Source: Bacillota bacterium (GTDB lineage Bacteria; Bacillota; Sulfobacillia; JAJYWN01; JAJZPE01). From it: DNA of 64,000 bases. The position numbers were made by a program, and so were the translations under genes. The notes beneath the pieces were generated by a model. The model was not told where the DNA came from, searched no databases, and saw only the letters and a program-made list of their open reading frames with translations. How positions within the stretch are numbered: the stretch's first letter is position 1; each line of letters starts with the position of its first letter. Shown piece by piece: positions 26,771-35,674 of the stretch. The DNA lies in NCBI GenBank assembly GCA_021811325.1, contig JAJZPE010000001.1, positions 9,049 to 73,048 of the forward strand, in the 5' to 3' direction.

Positions 26771-28636
26771 CTACTCCCGGATGACGGCCCCGAACGGGCA
26801 GACCTGCTCGCAGGTGCCGCACTGAGTGCACTTGGCCTGGTCGATGAGGTGGACGACCTTCTTGTCGCCGCTGATCGCCTGCTGCGGGCAGGAGCGCTTG
26901 CAGATCAGGCAGGCCTTGCACTTGTCGGGGTCGATCCTGAATTTGATCAGGGCCTTGCAGACGTGGGCCGGGCAACGCTTGTCGACGATGTGAGCGATGT
27001 ACTCGTCGCGGAAGTACCTGAGGGTCGTCAGGACCGGGTTGGGAGCCGTCTGGCCCAGGCCGCAGAGGGAGGTCTCCTTGACCATCTGGGCCAGCTCCTC
27101 GAGTTTCTCGAGGTCCTCCATGGTTCCCTGGCCTTCGGTGATTCGGGTGACGATCTCGTACATCCGCTTGGTGCCCTCGCGGCACGGCGTGCATTTGCCG
27201 CACGACTCGGACTGGGTGAAGTTCAGGAAGAATTTGTTGAAGTCGACCATGCAGGTGGTCTCGTCGACCACCACCAGGCCGCCGGAGCCCATGATGGCGC
27301 CGGTCGCCGCCAGCGATTCGTAGTCGACGGGCGTGTCCATCAGTTTAGCCGGGATGCAGCCGCCCGACGGGCCGCCGATCTGGACCGCCTTGAACTCCTT
27401 GTCGTCCTTGATCCCGCCGCCGACGTCGTAGATGATCTCGCGGAGGGTGATCCCCATCGGCACCTCGGCCAGGCCGGTGTTCTTGATCCGGCCGGTGAGG
27501 GCGAAGACCTTGGTCCCCTTGGACTTCTCCGTGCCGATGGCGGCGTACCAGGAAGACCCGTTGAGGACGATCTGGGGGACGTTGGCCCAGGTCTCGACGT
27601 TGTTGATGTTGGTCGGCCGGCCCCAGAGCCCGCGGTTGGCCGGGAACGGCGGCCGCGAACGCGGCATGCCGCGCTCACCCTCGATCGAGGCCATCAGGGC
27701 CGTCTCCTCGCCACAGACGAAGGCCCCGGCGCCTTCCTTGACGTGCAGTTCGAAGTTAAAGCCGCGGCCGAGGATGTCCCTGCCCAGCAGGCCGCGCTCG
27801 GTGGCCTGGGCGATGGCCATGTTCAGGCGCTTGATGGCCAGCGGGTACTCGGCCCGGCAATAGATGTAACCCTCGTCGGCGCCGATGGCGTAGGCCCCGA
27901 TGGCCATGCCCTCGATGACCGCGTGCGGGTCGCCCTCGAGGACGCTGCGGTCCATGAAGGCCCCGGGGTCGCCCTCGTCGGCGTTGCAGATGATGAACTT
28001 CTTGTCGCCTGCCGCCTTGGCCGCGAACTCCCACTTCTGGCCGGTCGAGAAGCCCGCGCCGCCGCGGCCGCGGAGGCCCGACTTCTTGACTTCGTCGATG
28101 ACCTCAGCCGGCTTCATCGCCGAAAGGACCTTGGCCAGACCGCGGTAGCCGTCGCGGTCGAGGTACTCCTCGATCCGCCCCGGGTCGATGATTCCGCAGT
28201 TCCGGAGGACGATGCGCTTCTGCTTCTGGTAGAACGCCACGTCACGGTAGGGGGCGAACTCGTCGGCGATGGTCCCGGCGATCCACTCCTGGACCGGCTT
28301 TCCGCCAACGACGTGGTCGTCGATGATCCGCGCGACCATGTCCGGTGTGACCCGAGCGTAGGTCACCCGGGGCGCGCCCTTGAGGACGACGTCCACCAGG
28401 ACCTCCTGCTCGCACATGCCGATGCAGCCGACGGAGACGAGGTCGGCGTCCAGCCCGCGCTTCTTCAGCTCGGCGACGACGGCGTCGTAGACCTCCTGTC
28501 CGCCGGCGGCGATGCCGCAGGTGCCCAGCCCGACGACGATGGTCGGACGGCTGTCGCGCGGGGCCACCGCCCGCGAAGCTTGGGCCGGTGCGGCCAGATC
28601 GCCCTTCTGCGAGAAATCCCGCAACGTTAGCTTCAT
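26771..28636 (-). CDS. NADH-binding NuoF-like subunit (FDH/hydrogenase beta subunit, HndC/HydB type) with N-terminal thioredoxin-like 2Fe-2S and C-terminal 2x[4Fe-4S] domains
   Basis: 'GRGGAGFSTGQKW' FMN/NADH site, 'ESCGKCTPCREG' N3 cluster, C-terminal 'CKACLICKRSCP...CTQCGTCEQVCP' ferredoxin motifs; ATG 28636 with AAAGGTGG RBS. Confidence 0.92.
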   Translation of the reverse strand: MKLTLRDFSQKGDLAAPAQASRAVAPRDSRPTIVVGLGTCGIAAGGQEVYDAVVAELKKRGLDADLVSVGCIGMCEQEVLVDVVLKGAPRVTYARVTPDMVARIIDDHVVGGKPVQEWIAGTIADEFAPYRDVAFYQKQKRIVLRNCGIIDPGRIEEYLDRDGYRGLAKVLSAMKPAEVIDEVKKSGLRGRGGAGFSTGQKWEFAAKAAGDKKFIICNADEGDPGAFMDRSVLEGDPHAVIEGMAIGAYAIGADEGYIYCRAEYPLAIKRLNMAIAQATERGLLGRDILGRGFNFELHVKEGAGAFVCGEETALMASIEGERGMPRSRPPFPANRGLWGRPTNINNVETWANVPQIVLNGSSWYAAIGTEKSKGTKVFALTGRIKNTGLAEVPMGITLREIIYDVGGGIKDDKEFKAVQIGGPSGGCIPAKLMDTPVDYESLAATGAIMGSGGLVVVDETTCMVDFNKFFLNFTQSESCGKCTPCREGTKRMYEIVTRITEGQGTMEDLEKLEELAQMVKETSLCGLGQTAPNPVLTTLRYFRDEYIAHIVDKRCPAHVCKALIKFRIDPDKCKACLICKRSCPQQAISGDKKVVHLIDQAKCTQCGTCEQVCPFGAVIRE

Positions 28637-28824
28637 CGGCTTACCACCTTTCGGGACGACTTTCTCGAACCAGACTTTGCCGAACAATTCAGGAAAAACA
28701 GCCGCGTGACGACGGACGGCCGGGCCTTTCGGCCGGCCGTCGGAGACCTCATTTTACCCTTCGGAGCAGGGCTTCCTCAGCCAAGCACCTTTTTAACATA
28801 AAAGACTAGCACTTTTCTATTCCC

Positions 28825-28850
28825 CGGTCAACGTGGAAATCCTTCAATGA
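28825..28850 (-). promoter_or_regulatory. candidate promoter region for the fdh operon (AT-richer patch; TTGACC...TAGTCT on minus strand)
   Basis: The minus strand reads 'TTGACCggggaatagaaaagtgcTAGTCT', ~180 nt upstream of the nuoF-like start. It is one of few AT-rich patches in the region. Weak evidence. Confidence 0.3.
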
Positions 28851-28880
28851 CTGCCGCCCCATGGAGGCCGGAAATCGGGC

Positions 28881-28908
28881 AAAAAAGGAGCGGGTTTGTT
28901 CCCGCTCC
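28881..28908 (-). terminator. rho-independent terminator downstream of gerC
   Basis: Minus strand reads 'GGAGCGGGaacaaaCCCGCTCC' followed by TTTTTT. It is an 8-bp GC stem with a 6-nt loop and U-tract, immediately after the gerC stop (28922). Confidence 0.8.
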
Positions 28909-28921
28909 GGCGCGTCGCCGT

Positions 28922-30214
28922 TCAGGGTCCGGTGCTCCCACCCTCCTGTCCATCACCGACCGGGTTCACCTGCAGCGGCTGGATGGTCAAGCCCGTCCGC
29001 CGCAGGAACGACTTGACTTCGATGGCTATGTCGGCCTGCTGATACAAGGGCCGCCAGTCGAAGCCCACCCACTCCGTGTACGTGCTCATCCGCCCGCGGG
29101 CCAGGCCCGCGTATCCGAACGGGTCGACCCCGAGCCCCTGCATCCTGGCGACGAGTTCCTCGGCGATACCTTTGACGCGCTCGCCCACCTGCCTGGCCAC
29201 GTTGTCTAGCTCCCGCTGGGTCGTCAGGTATTTGTGCCGGTAGATGAACTGGGTGATGCCGCCCTCGAAGACGATGGTATGTTTGATCTTGGGCGTGCTT
29301 CCTTCGTAGGTCAGGCTTTTCTTGGGCTTCTCGCCCTTGAGCCTGACCGTGACCACCGCCTGAGGGTCCTCGAGCGGCATGGTGATGGCCGTCCGTTTGA
29401 GCTTCCCGATCATCATCAGGAAGACCTGACTCTCGACGCCGGACATCATGTCAACCAGGCGATCGCCGTCGAAGACCGCCGTCCCCATGACCTGGAGCTT
29501 CGGCAGGGATAGGGCCCCGTTACCGGTGACCCCGCTACCGGTCCCGCGCCCGCTGCCCCCGTCTTGCTCTAACCCGGACTTGGTAGGGCTGCGCGGTGGG
29601 CCGATGACCGGGGCCACCGGGGCGCCGGTGCGGCTCTCGTAGGCGGTCAGCCAATCATGGATGGTGACCTGGGGGGCCAGACCGGTGTAACTCGTCAACC
29701 GGACCAGTTCCTCGATGGCGGCTGCCGGATTACGCTCGGCCGACAGGGCCTGCAGGACGTCGCCGGCCGTCCCCGTAGAGACGAGAAGGTAGTTCGAACG
29801 GCGGATCTCGCGGTCGCGAACGGCCTCCCCCAGAAACTGAAGAATCCCCTCTTGGGCCAGTTCCTTGCCGAAGACGATGATCTTGTTGTGCTGGAGACTG
29901 ACCTGCTTGTGGCGGAAGCTGCTCATGTAAGTCATGATCTCGTCGATGGTCGACCCCTCGACGGTCTCGGTGATGACCCCCGGCCCTCCGCCACCGCCCC
30001 GGCCCGGGGCAATCTGGACCGGCACGGCGATCTGGGCGGTCAGCCGCACCGGCGCGTTCTCCCCTTTGTCGAGACCGAGGGCGAGGATGAAGCCCACGTC
30101 CTCGAGTTCCCGGTGGTCCCAGCAACCGCTGGTCGAGGCGGTGACCAGGATCATGACGAGGACCAGAGCCGCCAGACGGGCTGTCCAAAAGGTGCGGCCG
30201 TTTCTACCCGGCAT
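28922..30214 (-). CDS. spore germination lipoprotein, Ger(x)C family (germinant receptor C subunit)
   Basis: Lipobox 'LVTASTSGCWD', then Ger(x)C-like sequence; follows gerB and gerA in canonical A-B-C order. Confidence 0.85.
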   Translation of the reverse strand: MPGRNGRTFWTARLAALVLVMILVTASTSGCWDHRELEDVGFILALGLDKGENAPVRLTAQIAVPVQIAPGRGGGGGPGVITETVEGSTIDEIMTYMSSFRHKQVSLQHNKIIVFGKELAQEGILQFLGEAVRDREIRRSNYLLVSTGTAGDVLQALSAERNPAAAIEELVRLTSYTGLAPQVTIHDWLTAYESRTGAPVAPVIGPPRSPTKSGLEQDGGSGRGTGSGVTGNGALSLPKLQVMGTAVFDGDRLVDMMSGVESQVFLMMIGKLKRTAITMPLEDPQAVVTVRLKGEKPKKSLTYEGSTPKIKHTIVFEGGITQFIYRHKYLTTQRELDNVARQVGERVKGIAEELVARMQGLGVDPFGYAGLARGRMSTYTEWVGFDWRPLYQQADIAIEVKSFLRRTGLTIQPLQVNPVGDGQEGGSTGP

Positions 30215-31442
30215 CGGCGCTCGCCCCCTTCGTGTCGCCGGAACTCCCCTGGCCCCCCGCCCCCGTGCCCGGCTGGCGCTTGCCGGTGATCACGGCCACC
30301 GCCATGAGCAGCAGGGGGATGCCGAAGCAGATCAGGCTCCCGAAGCCGCGAATGCCGTCGGCCTCGAAGTTGATCACCGCGATGTAGCTCGGGGCCAGGA
30401 GGGCGACCGTATAGAGGATGATGGTCATGGCCGGCACCAGCGGGCGGTAGTTGGGGAGGTGAAGGGTCTCCGACACGGCCACGTTGGCGATGTAGAAGGC
30501 GACGGTGACGTTGAGGGCCGCGGAGAAGAACCAGAGGAAGATGAAGAGGGCCTCAACCCGCTGGAGGAAGCGCCCGAAGTGGATCAGCCGGGCCATGAAG
30601 AAGATCGGGAAGGCCGTCCGGGCGGCCCCGGTGACGCCGAAAGTGGCCACCGTGGAAACCATGATGCCGGTGATGATCACCCAGGCCAGACCCATGGACA
30701 GCAGGGTCCCCCCCAGGATAGGCCGCTTCCGCCGCAGGGCCGGGTAGAGGAAAGCCACGGAGACGACTTCCGCGTATAGGGCCGACCTGACCACCCCTAG
30801 CCAAATCACGTCGGCGGGCCGGGTCGACCAGACCGGGAGGAGCCTCTGGAAATCGAAGAACCCGGCGTCGGAAAGGACGATGGCCGCCAGGAGGCCCATC
30901 AGCCACGGGGAGAGCAGGAAGACCGTCCGCGACACCGCCTCGATGCCGAGATAGGCGCCGTAGGCGACAACCAGGGCCATGACCGCAACCAACACCGAGA
31001 GGGGTGTCGTCGGGAGGATGCCGATGACCAAGGTCTCAGCAGCCTCCCGGAGGATGGTCGCGGCCAGAACGAGGAAGAAGAGGCTCAAGGCGAGGTTGAG
31101 GAGGGAACCGATGACCGGCCCGGCCAGGCTGATGCTGACCCTGGCCAGGGAGTAGTCGGGGAAGCGGTTCATCAGGCTGATGATGACGAGGACGCCGGCC
31201 GCGGCCACGAGGGCGCCGATGGTCGTGACCATCCAGCCGGAGGTCTTGGCCCGCTCGGTCAGGGTCGCCGGGAAGGTGAGGAAGACCTTGCCCGCGATCA
31301 GGAGGGTGATGGTGGCGATGAACTCGGGCTGTCCGATGTGCCCCCACTCCGGGGACGTCGCCGGGAACTGGTCGCTACCGGCCCGCATGCCGCCGAACGC
31401 CCCGCCGCCCTCGTTCCGCCGGGTCTGGCTGCCTCCCGCCAT
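30204..31442 (-). CDS. spore germination protein, Ger(x)B family (APC-superfamily membrane subunit)
   Basis: 412-aa polytopic membrane protein beginning 'MAGGSQTRR...'. Its ATG overlaps the gerA stop as ATGA. The table ORF N-terminus is an out-of-frame read-through of gerA. Confidence 0.85.
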   Translation of the reverse strand: MAGGSQTRRNEGGGAFGGMRAGSDQFPATSPEWGHIGQPEFIATITLLIAGKVFLTFPATLTERAKTSGWMVTTIGALVAAAGVLVIISLMNRFPDYSLARVSISLAGPVIGSLLNLALSLFFLVLAATILREAAETLVIGILPTTPLSVLVAVMALVVAYGAYLGIEAVSRTVFLLSPWLMGLLAAIVLSDAGFFDFQRLLPVWSTRPADVIWLGVVRSALYAEVVSVAFLYPALRRKRPILGGTLLSMGLAWVIITGIMVSTVATFGVTGAARTAFPIFFMARLIHFGRFLQRVEALFIFLWFFSAALNVTVAFYIANVAVSETLHLPNYRPLVPAMTIILYTVALLAPSYIAVINFEADGIRGFGSLICFGIPLLLMAVAVITGKRQPGTGAGGQGSSGDTKGASADAG

Positions 31443-33295
31443 CACTGCTTCCCCCCTTGCCCCGGCGCGTTCCGCGCGGTGGACCGGGCCACCGGGTCCC
31501 ACTTGCGAACGATCATGTCCTGGCGGGTCTTGTCCCGCTGGCGCAAGAACGGCGGGCGGTGCCACATCTTCCACATCTGGCCGCGCATGACGATGTCGAC
31601 GGAGGGCGCGCGATGCGGGGCCACCGGCGACAGGTAGGGGACACCGAAACTGCGGAGGGACGCCAGGTGGAGGCCGACGATGAGCATCCCGGCGGCCATG
31701 CCGTAGAAACCGAGGAAGGCCGCCAGGGCCTCGAACGGGAAGCGGAGGATCCGGACGGCGAAGGACGCCGAGAAGTTCGGGATGACGAACGAGGCCAGGG
31801 CAGAGACGGCGATGATGATGACGAGGATGGGGCTGACGATGTTGGCGGCCACGGCGGCCTGGCCGAGGACGATGGCCCCGACGATGCCGATGGTCGGGCC
31901 GATGACGTTGGGAATCCGCACGCCGGCCTCGCGGATGAGCTCGAAGGCCACATCCATCAAGAGGACCTCGAGGAAGACGGGGAACGGCACCCCCTGTCGT
32001 GAGGCGGCGATGGCCATCATCAGGTCGGTCGGGAGCATCTCCTGGTGGAAGGTGGTCACGGCGATATAGGCCGCCGGCGTGAACAGGGTGGTCAGGATGG
32101 CCATGAAGCGCAGGGCCCGGAGGAAGTTGGCGTATGGCCAGCGCAGGTGGTAGTCCTCCGGGCTGTGGAAGAAGGCCGTGAAAGTCATCGGGGCGATGAT
32201 CGCCCAAGGGTTTTCGCCAATCAGGACGGCCACGTACCCCTCGGACAGGAAGGCCGAGACCCGGTCGGGTCGCTCGGTCGCGGTGACCTGGGGGAACAAT
32301 GAGTACGGGAAGTCCTCGATGTACTGTTCGAGGATCCCGCTCTCGGGGACGTAGTCGACGTCGATGGCCTGGATGCGGCGCCTGACCTCGTCCACCAGCT
32401 TCTCGTTGGTCAGGCCCTTGATGTACATGAGGGCCACGTCGGAGCGGGACAGCCGCCCCACTTTCAACCCCTCGACCACGAGGTCGGGAGACTTCAGACG
32501 CCGCCGGACAAGGGCGGTGTTGGTCCTGAGGGCCTCGGTGAAACCCTCCATGGGACCGCGGACGACCATCTCACTCTGGGCCCGCTCGACGCTGCGGTGC
32601 TGCCAACCCTTGGTCTCCAGGAGGAGGGCCGCGGCCTCGCCCTCGACGAAGAGGGCGGTCTCGCCGGTGAGGACGTGGTCGATGGTCGTCTCGTAGTCGG
32701 TGCCTTTCTCGTACTTGTCCGAGGGCAGCAACCGCCGGCCGATGACATCGAAGAGGTTCTTCCGGCGGTCGACCTCGTCGATTTCCGTCAAGATCATCAA
32801 GGGCTGGAGGACGCCTTCCCAGATGACGTCCTTGATCACCAGCCCGTCGAAGTAGACCAGGAAGGCCCGGGTCGCAGGCCGGGTCCCGATTTCAAACTCC
32901 CTGATCACGACATCGGTGTTCTTGTCCTTGTGGAAGGTCTGCTCCGCCCAGTGGAGGTTGACGTCATAGTCCTTGACGATGGGCGTCTTCGGCCCGTCGG
33001 GCGCGAAAAGCTCGGTCGGGGAGATGGGCTTGGTCGGCATCGGCGGCGCTTTCTTGCCGCCCTGCCCCCTGCCCTTGCCCTTGCCCTGACCCTTGCCCTG
33101 ACCCTGACCCTGACCTTGGCCCTGGCCGCCCCCGCTCTGTCCGTGACCCTGGCCGCCACCCTGGCCCGATTGGTCCACCGGCGGGACCATCGGCCGGTCG
33201 CCCAGGGAGAACAGCGCATCGGCCGCCCGCGAGCGCCTGAAGATCCTGGAGATGATGCTCCCCAGGCTGGGCCATCCCGACCGCCCCCGCGTCAT
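31442..33295 (-). CDS. spore germination protein, Ger(x)A family, with Gly/Gln-repeat N-terminal region
   Basis: Conserved GerAA core 'TERPDRVSAFLSEGYVAVLIGENPWAIIAPMTF...FHQEMLPTDLMMAIAASRQGVPFP...ELIREAGVRIPNVIGPTIGIVGAIVLGQAAV'. The probable start is ATG 33295 (ATGA overlap with the upstream small ORF). The N-terminal 'GQGGGQGHGQSGGGQGQGQGQGQGKGQGKGKGRGQGG' is encoded by a hexanucleotide tandem repeat at ~33060-33130. Confidence 0.85.
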   Translation of the reverse strand: MTRGRSGWPSLGSIISRIFRRSRAADALFSLGDRPMVPPVDQSGQGGGQGHGQSGGGQGQGQGQGQGKGQGKGKGRGQGGKKAPPMPTKPISPTELFAPDGPKTPIVKDYDVNLHWAEQTFHKDKNTDVVIREFEIGTRPATRAFLVYFDGLVIKDVIWEGVLQPLMILTEIDEVDRRKNLFDVIGRRLLPSDKYEKGTDYETTIDHVLTGETALFVEGEAAALLLETKGWQHRSVERAQSEMVVRGPMEGFTEALRTNTALVRRRLKSPDLVVEGLKVGRLSRSDVALMYIKGLTNEKLVDEVRRRIQAIDVDYVPESGILEQYIEDFPYSLFPQVTATERPDRVSAFLSEGYVAVLIGENPWAIIAPMTFTAFFHSPEDYHLRWPYANFLRALRFMAILTTLFTPAAYIAVTTFHQEMLPTDLMMAIAASRQGVPFPVFLEVLLMDVAFELIREAGVRIPNVIGPTIGIVGAIVLGQAAVAANIVSPILVIIIAVSALASFVIPNFSASFAVRILRFPFEALAAFLGFYGMAAGMLIVGLHLASLRSFGVPYLSPVAPHRAPSVDIVMRGQMWKMWHRPPFLRQRDKTRQDMIVRKWDPVARSTARNAPGQGGKQ

Positions 33296-33459
33296 CTGAG
33301 CAACAGCACCGCTGCCGGGAGAAGGACGGCGATCAAAGCGATGATGGCCACGCCGACGGCCCCGACGCGGTTCTTCCCGCGCCAGGTCAGGATGGCGTAA
33401 GCCATCGTGTACGAAGCGACCACGGCCGCCCCGAGGATCCACAGGTAGCGAAGCAGCAT
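33292..33459 (-). CDS. small two-TM membrane protein (55 aa) translationally coupled to gerA
   Basis: 'MLLRYLWILGAAVVASYTMAYAILTWRGKNRVGAVGVAIIALIAVLLPAAVLLLR'. ATG 33459 has a strong GAGGGAGGGGG RBS, and its stop overlaps the gerA ATG. The table ORF extends to 33546 but lacks an RBS there. Confidence 0.6.
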   Translation of the reverse strand: MLLRYLWILGAAVVASYTMAYAILTWRGKNRVGAVGVAIIALIAVLLPAAVLLLR

Positions 33460-33627
33460 CGTTGCCCCTCCCTCACCGGCTCTGAAGGCTAGTGTTGCCT
33501 TTGCCCCTGGGAATAATGACAACGTGCCACCAGCGCTGCCGTTCATGACCGGCCGGGTGACGGCGGCATACTAAGGACGCGCCCGGGCGGCCAGACGCGC
33601 GCCCGGGTTCCATCGGGAGGTGCGTTC

Positions 33628-35139
33628 ATGGTATTGCGCCGGCGGAAGGCGAAAACCCGCAGGCCCCGACCGTGGCGGAAGACCGCGGGCCGCTTGGTCC
33701 TGCGGGCGGCCCGGACCGGGGCCGGGGCGCTGCTGGCCTGCCTGGCCGAGCGGACCCGCGCCCGACGCCCGGAGCCCGCCCTACCCAAGGTGGAGGACCG
33801 CAAGTCCCCGACCGCCATCCCCAACCGCCACGACGTCATCGTCGTCGGGGCCGGCCCGGCCGGCAGCACCGCCGCCTACTTGATGGCCCGGCAGGGCCTC
33901 GACGTGCTGTTCATCGAACGGGGCCCCGTCCCCGGCTCGAAGAACGTCGGCGGGGCGTCCATCGCCGTGCAGATCTGGCAGGAAGTCGTGCCGGAACTGG
34001 TGCCGGCGCTCTTCGAGGAGCATGTCTACGAGCGTATTCTCACCCGGCAGGAATACTGGGTGATGGCCGACGACTACGTCCTCTCCGTGGGTGTCCGTGG
34101 CCCGGGGTACGCCAGGCCACCATATAACCGGTTGAGCGCCATCAAGTCCCACATCGATCCGTGGTTGGCCGGCAAGGCCGTGGCCGCCGGGGCGACCCTT
34201 CTCAGCGGCTACCGGGTCGACGAGGTCATCAAGGATGGCGAACAGGCCGTCGGCGTGCGGGTCGACCACGATGTCGGGGGCGATGGCCGCGGAACCCGCG
34301 AGCTGTTGGCCGAGGTCATCGTCATCGCCGAAGGGGTCAACCCCATCGTCAGCCACAAGGCCGGCTTCGTGTCGATGCCCGGAGCCGAGGTCCAGTCCCT
34401 CTATGTCAAAGAGACCCTCGCCCTCCCGGCGGAGGAGCTCGAGCGCCGTTTCGGCACCGGGAAGGACGAGGGGGCGGTCATCGGCATCTACGGGTACCCC
34501 ACGGCCGGCCTCAATGGCACGGGGTCCATCTACACCAACGTGGCCTCGGTGGGCATCAACGTCGGCACCTCCGTCGCCGGCCTGGCCAGGGTCGGGCTCA
34601 ATCCCAACGAGCTTCTCGAACGGGTCAAGGCCCACCCGTCGATAAGGCCGCTCATCGAGGAGGGCAAGACCATCGAGTATTCCGCCCATCTGATTCCAGA
34701 CGCCGGCTACAACGGGGTCCCCAAACTCGCCCACCCCGGGGCGGTGATCATCGGTGACACCGCCTCGCTGGTCAACGGCACTCTTGGGATCGTCCCGGCG
34801 ATGGTCTCGGCCAAGGCGGCCACCCAGGCGGTGGTCCATGCCAAGATGAAGGGCGACTTCTCCGAGCAGACCCTGCGGCTGTATCCGCGGCTCCTGAGGC
34901 AGACCTTCGTCTGGCGAGACCTCCGGCTCAACCGCTACGCCGAGGACTATCTCAGGAGTCACCCCCACGTCTTCGACACCTACGCCAGGGTGGTCACGCA
35001 GGCCGCCCACGAGGCGTCGATGGTCTACCCGGACACGTCCCGGCAGCGGCGCCGGCGGGTGCTGTCGGCCGTTCGCAAGATCGTGCCGCTGACCAAGGTC
35101 GCCCGGGACGCCGTCCAGGCGGCGTGGGTGGAGTTCTGA
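33628..35139 (+). CDS. fixC: electron-transfer flavoprotein-quinone oxidoreductase FixC-like (FAD-dependent)
   Basis: 'HDVIVVGAGPAGSTAAYLMARQGLDVLFIERG' FAD Rossmann, full-length similarity to FixC/ETF-QO; strong GGGAGGTG RBS at ATG 33628, giving a ~60-aa highly basic N-terminal extension before the FAD fold. Confidence 0.88.
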   Translation: MVLRRRKAKTRRPRPWRKTAGRLVLRAARTGAGALLACLAERTRARRPEPALPKVEDRKSPTAIPNRHDVIVVGAGPAGSTAAYLMARQGLDVLFIERGPVPGSKNVGGASIAVQIWQEVVPELVPALFEEHVYERILTRQEYWVMADDYVLSVGVRGPGYARPPYNRLSAIKSHIDPWLAGKAVAAGATLLSGYRVDEVIKDGEQAVGVRVDHDVGGDGRGTRELLAEVIVIAEGVNPIVSHKAGFVSMPGAEVQSLYVKETLALPAEELERRFGTGKDEGAVIGIYGYPTAGLNGTGSIYTNVASVGINVGTSVAGLARVGLNPNELLERVKAHPSIRPLIEEGKTIEYSAHLIPDAGYNGVPKLAHPGAVIIGDTASLVNGTLGIVPAMVSAKAATQAVVHAKMKGDFSEQTLRLYPRLLRQTFVWRDLRLNRYAEDYLRSHPHVFDTYARVVTQAAHEASMVYPDTSRQRRRRVLSAVRKIVPLTKVARDAVQAAWVEF

Positions 35140-35182
35140 TGAGCGCGGGCGAAGTACCGATGAGGGGGCGGGTGGGTAACTG

Positions 35183-35524
35183 ATGGCCGAGATGTGGCCC
35201 GATCCCGCGGCCAAGACCTCGCGGGACGTCTTCAACCCGGCGCCTGCCTCGGAGGTGTGGCTCAAAGACCCGGCCGCCTGCGGCGCCCCCGGGTGCGGCC
35301 GGCCCTGCCTCGTCGTCTGCCCGGCGGGCGTCTTCGAGTGGCTGGGCGGCCCCGTGGACGCGGAAGAGGTCCGGTCGCCGGCCCTGGCGCAGGCCGGGAA
35401 GCTCATCGCCGTCCGCTATGACCGCTGCCTTGAGTGCGGGGCCTGCCTTTACCTTTGCCCGCGTGAGAATGTCCATTTCAACTACCCGGCGGGCGGATAC
35501 GGCGTTTACTACGTCCACGGTTGA
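35183..35524 (+). CDS. fixX: ferredoxin-like protein FixX
   Basis: 'CPAGVFEW...YDRCLECGACLYLCP' is a FixX-type 4Fe-4S ferredoxin-like protein of ~113 aa, immediately after fixC. Confidence 0.88.
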   Translation: MAEMWPDPAAKTSRDVFNPAPASEVWLKDPAACGAPGCGRPCLVVCPAGVFEWLGGPVDAEEVRSPALAQAGKLIAVRYDRCLECGACLYLCPRENVHFNYPAGGYGVYYVHG

Positions 35525-35674
35525 CGCGCGGTCCCGGCCGTTGACAGTCTTTTGGCCCATGACCTGGGCCACGCGAGGCCAGACCGGCGGATATGCAGGA
35601 CCAGACTTTATGAGCGAAAACTCCCAGCATTGTGACCCTTTCGAGGGGAACTATAGACTCGAGGAGGTGACCGC

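Noticed and set aside
28847-29209. 120-aa plus-strand ORF near the gerC terminator
   Set aside because: It overlaps the gerC 3' end and terminator antisense, has no RBS, and a low-complexity translation.
33560-33575. SigmaG-type -10 element CATACTA near the ger operon
   Set aside because: The heptamer is on the plus strand, facing fixC rather than the minus-strand ger genes, and has no matching -35. It is probably coincidental.
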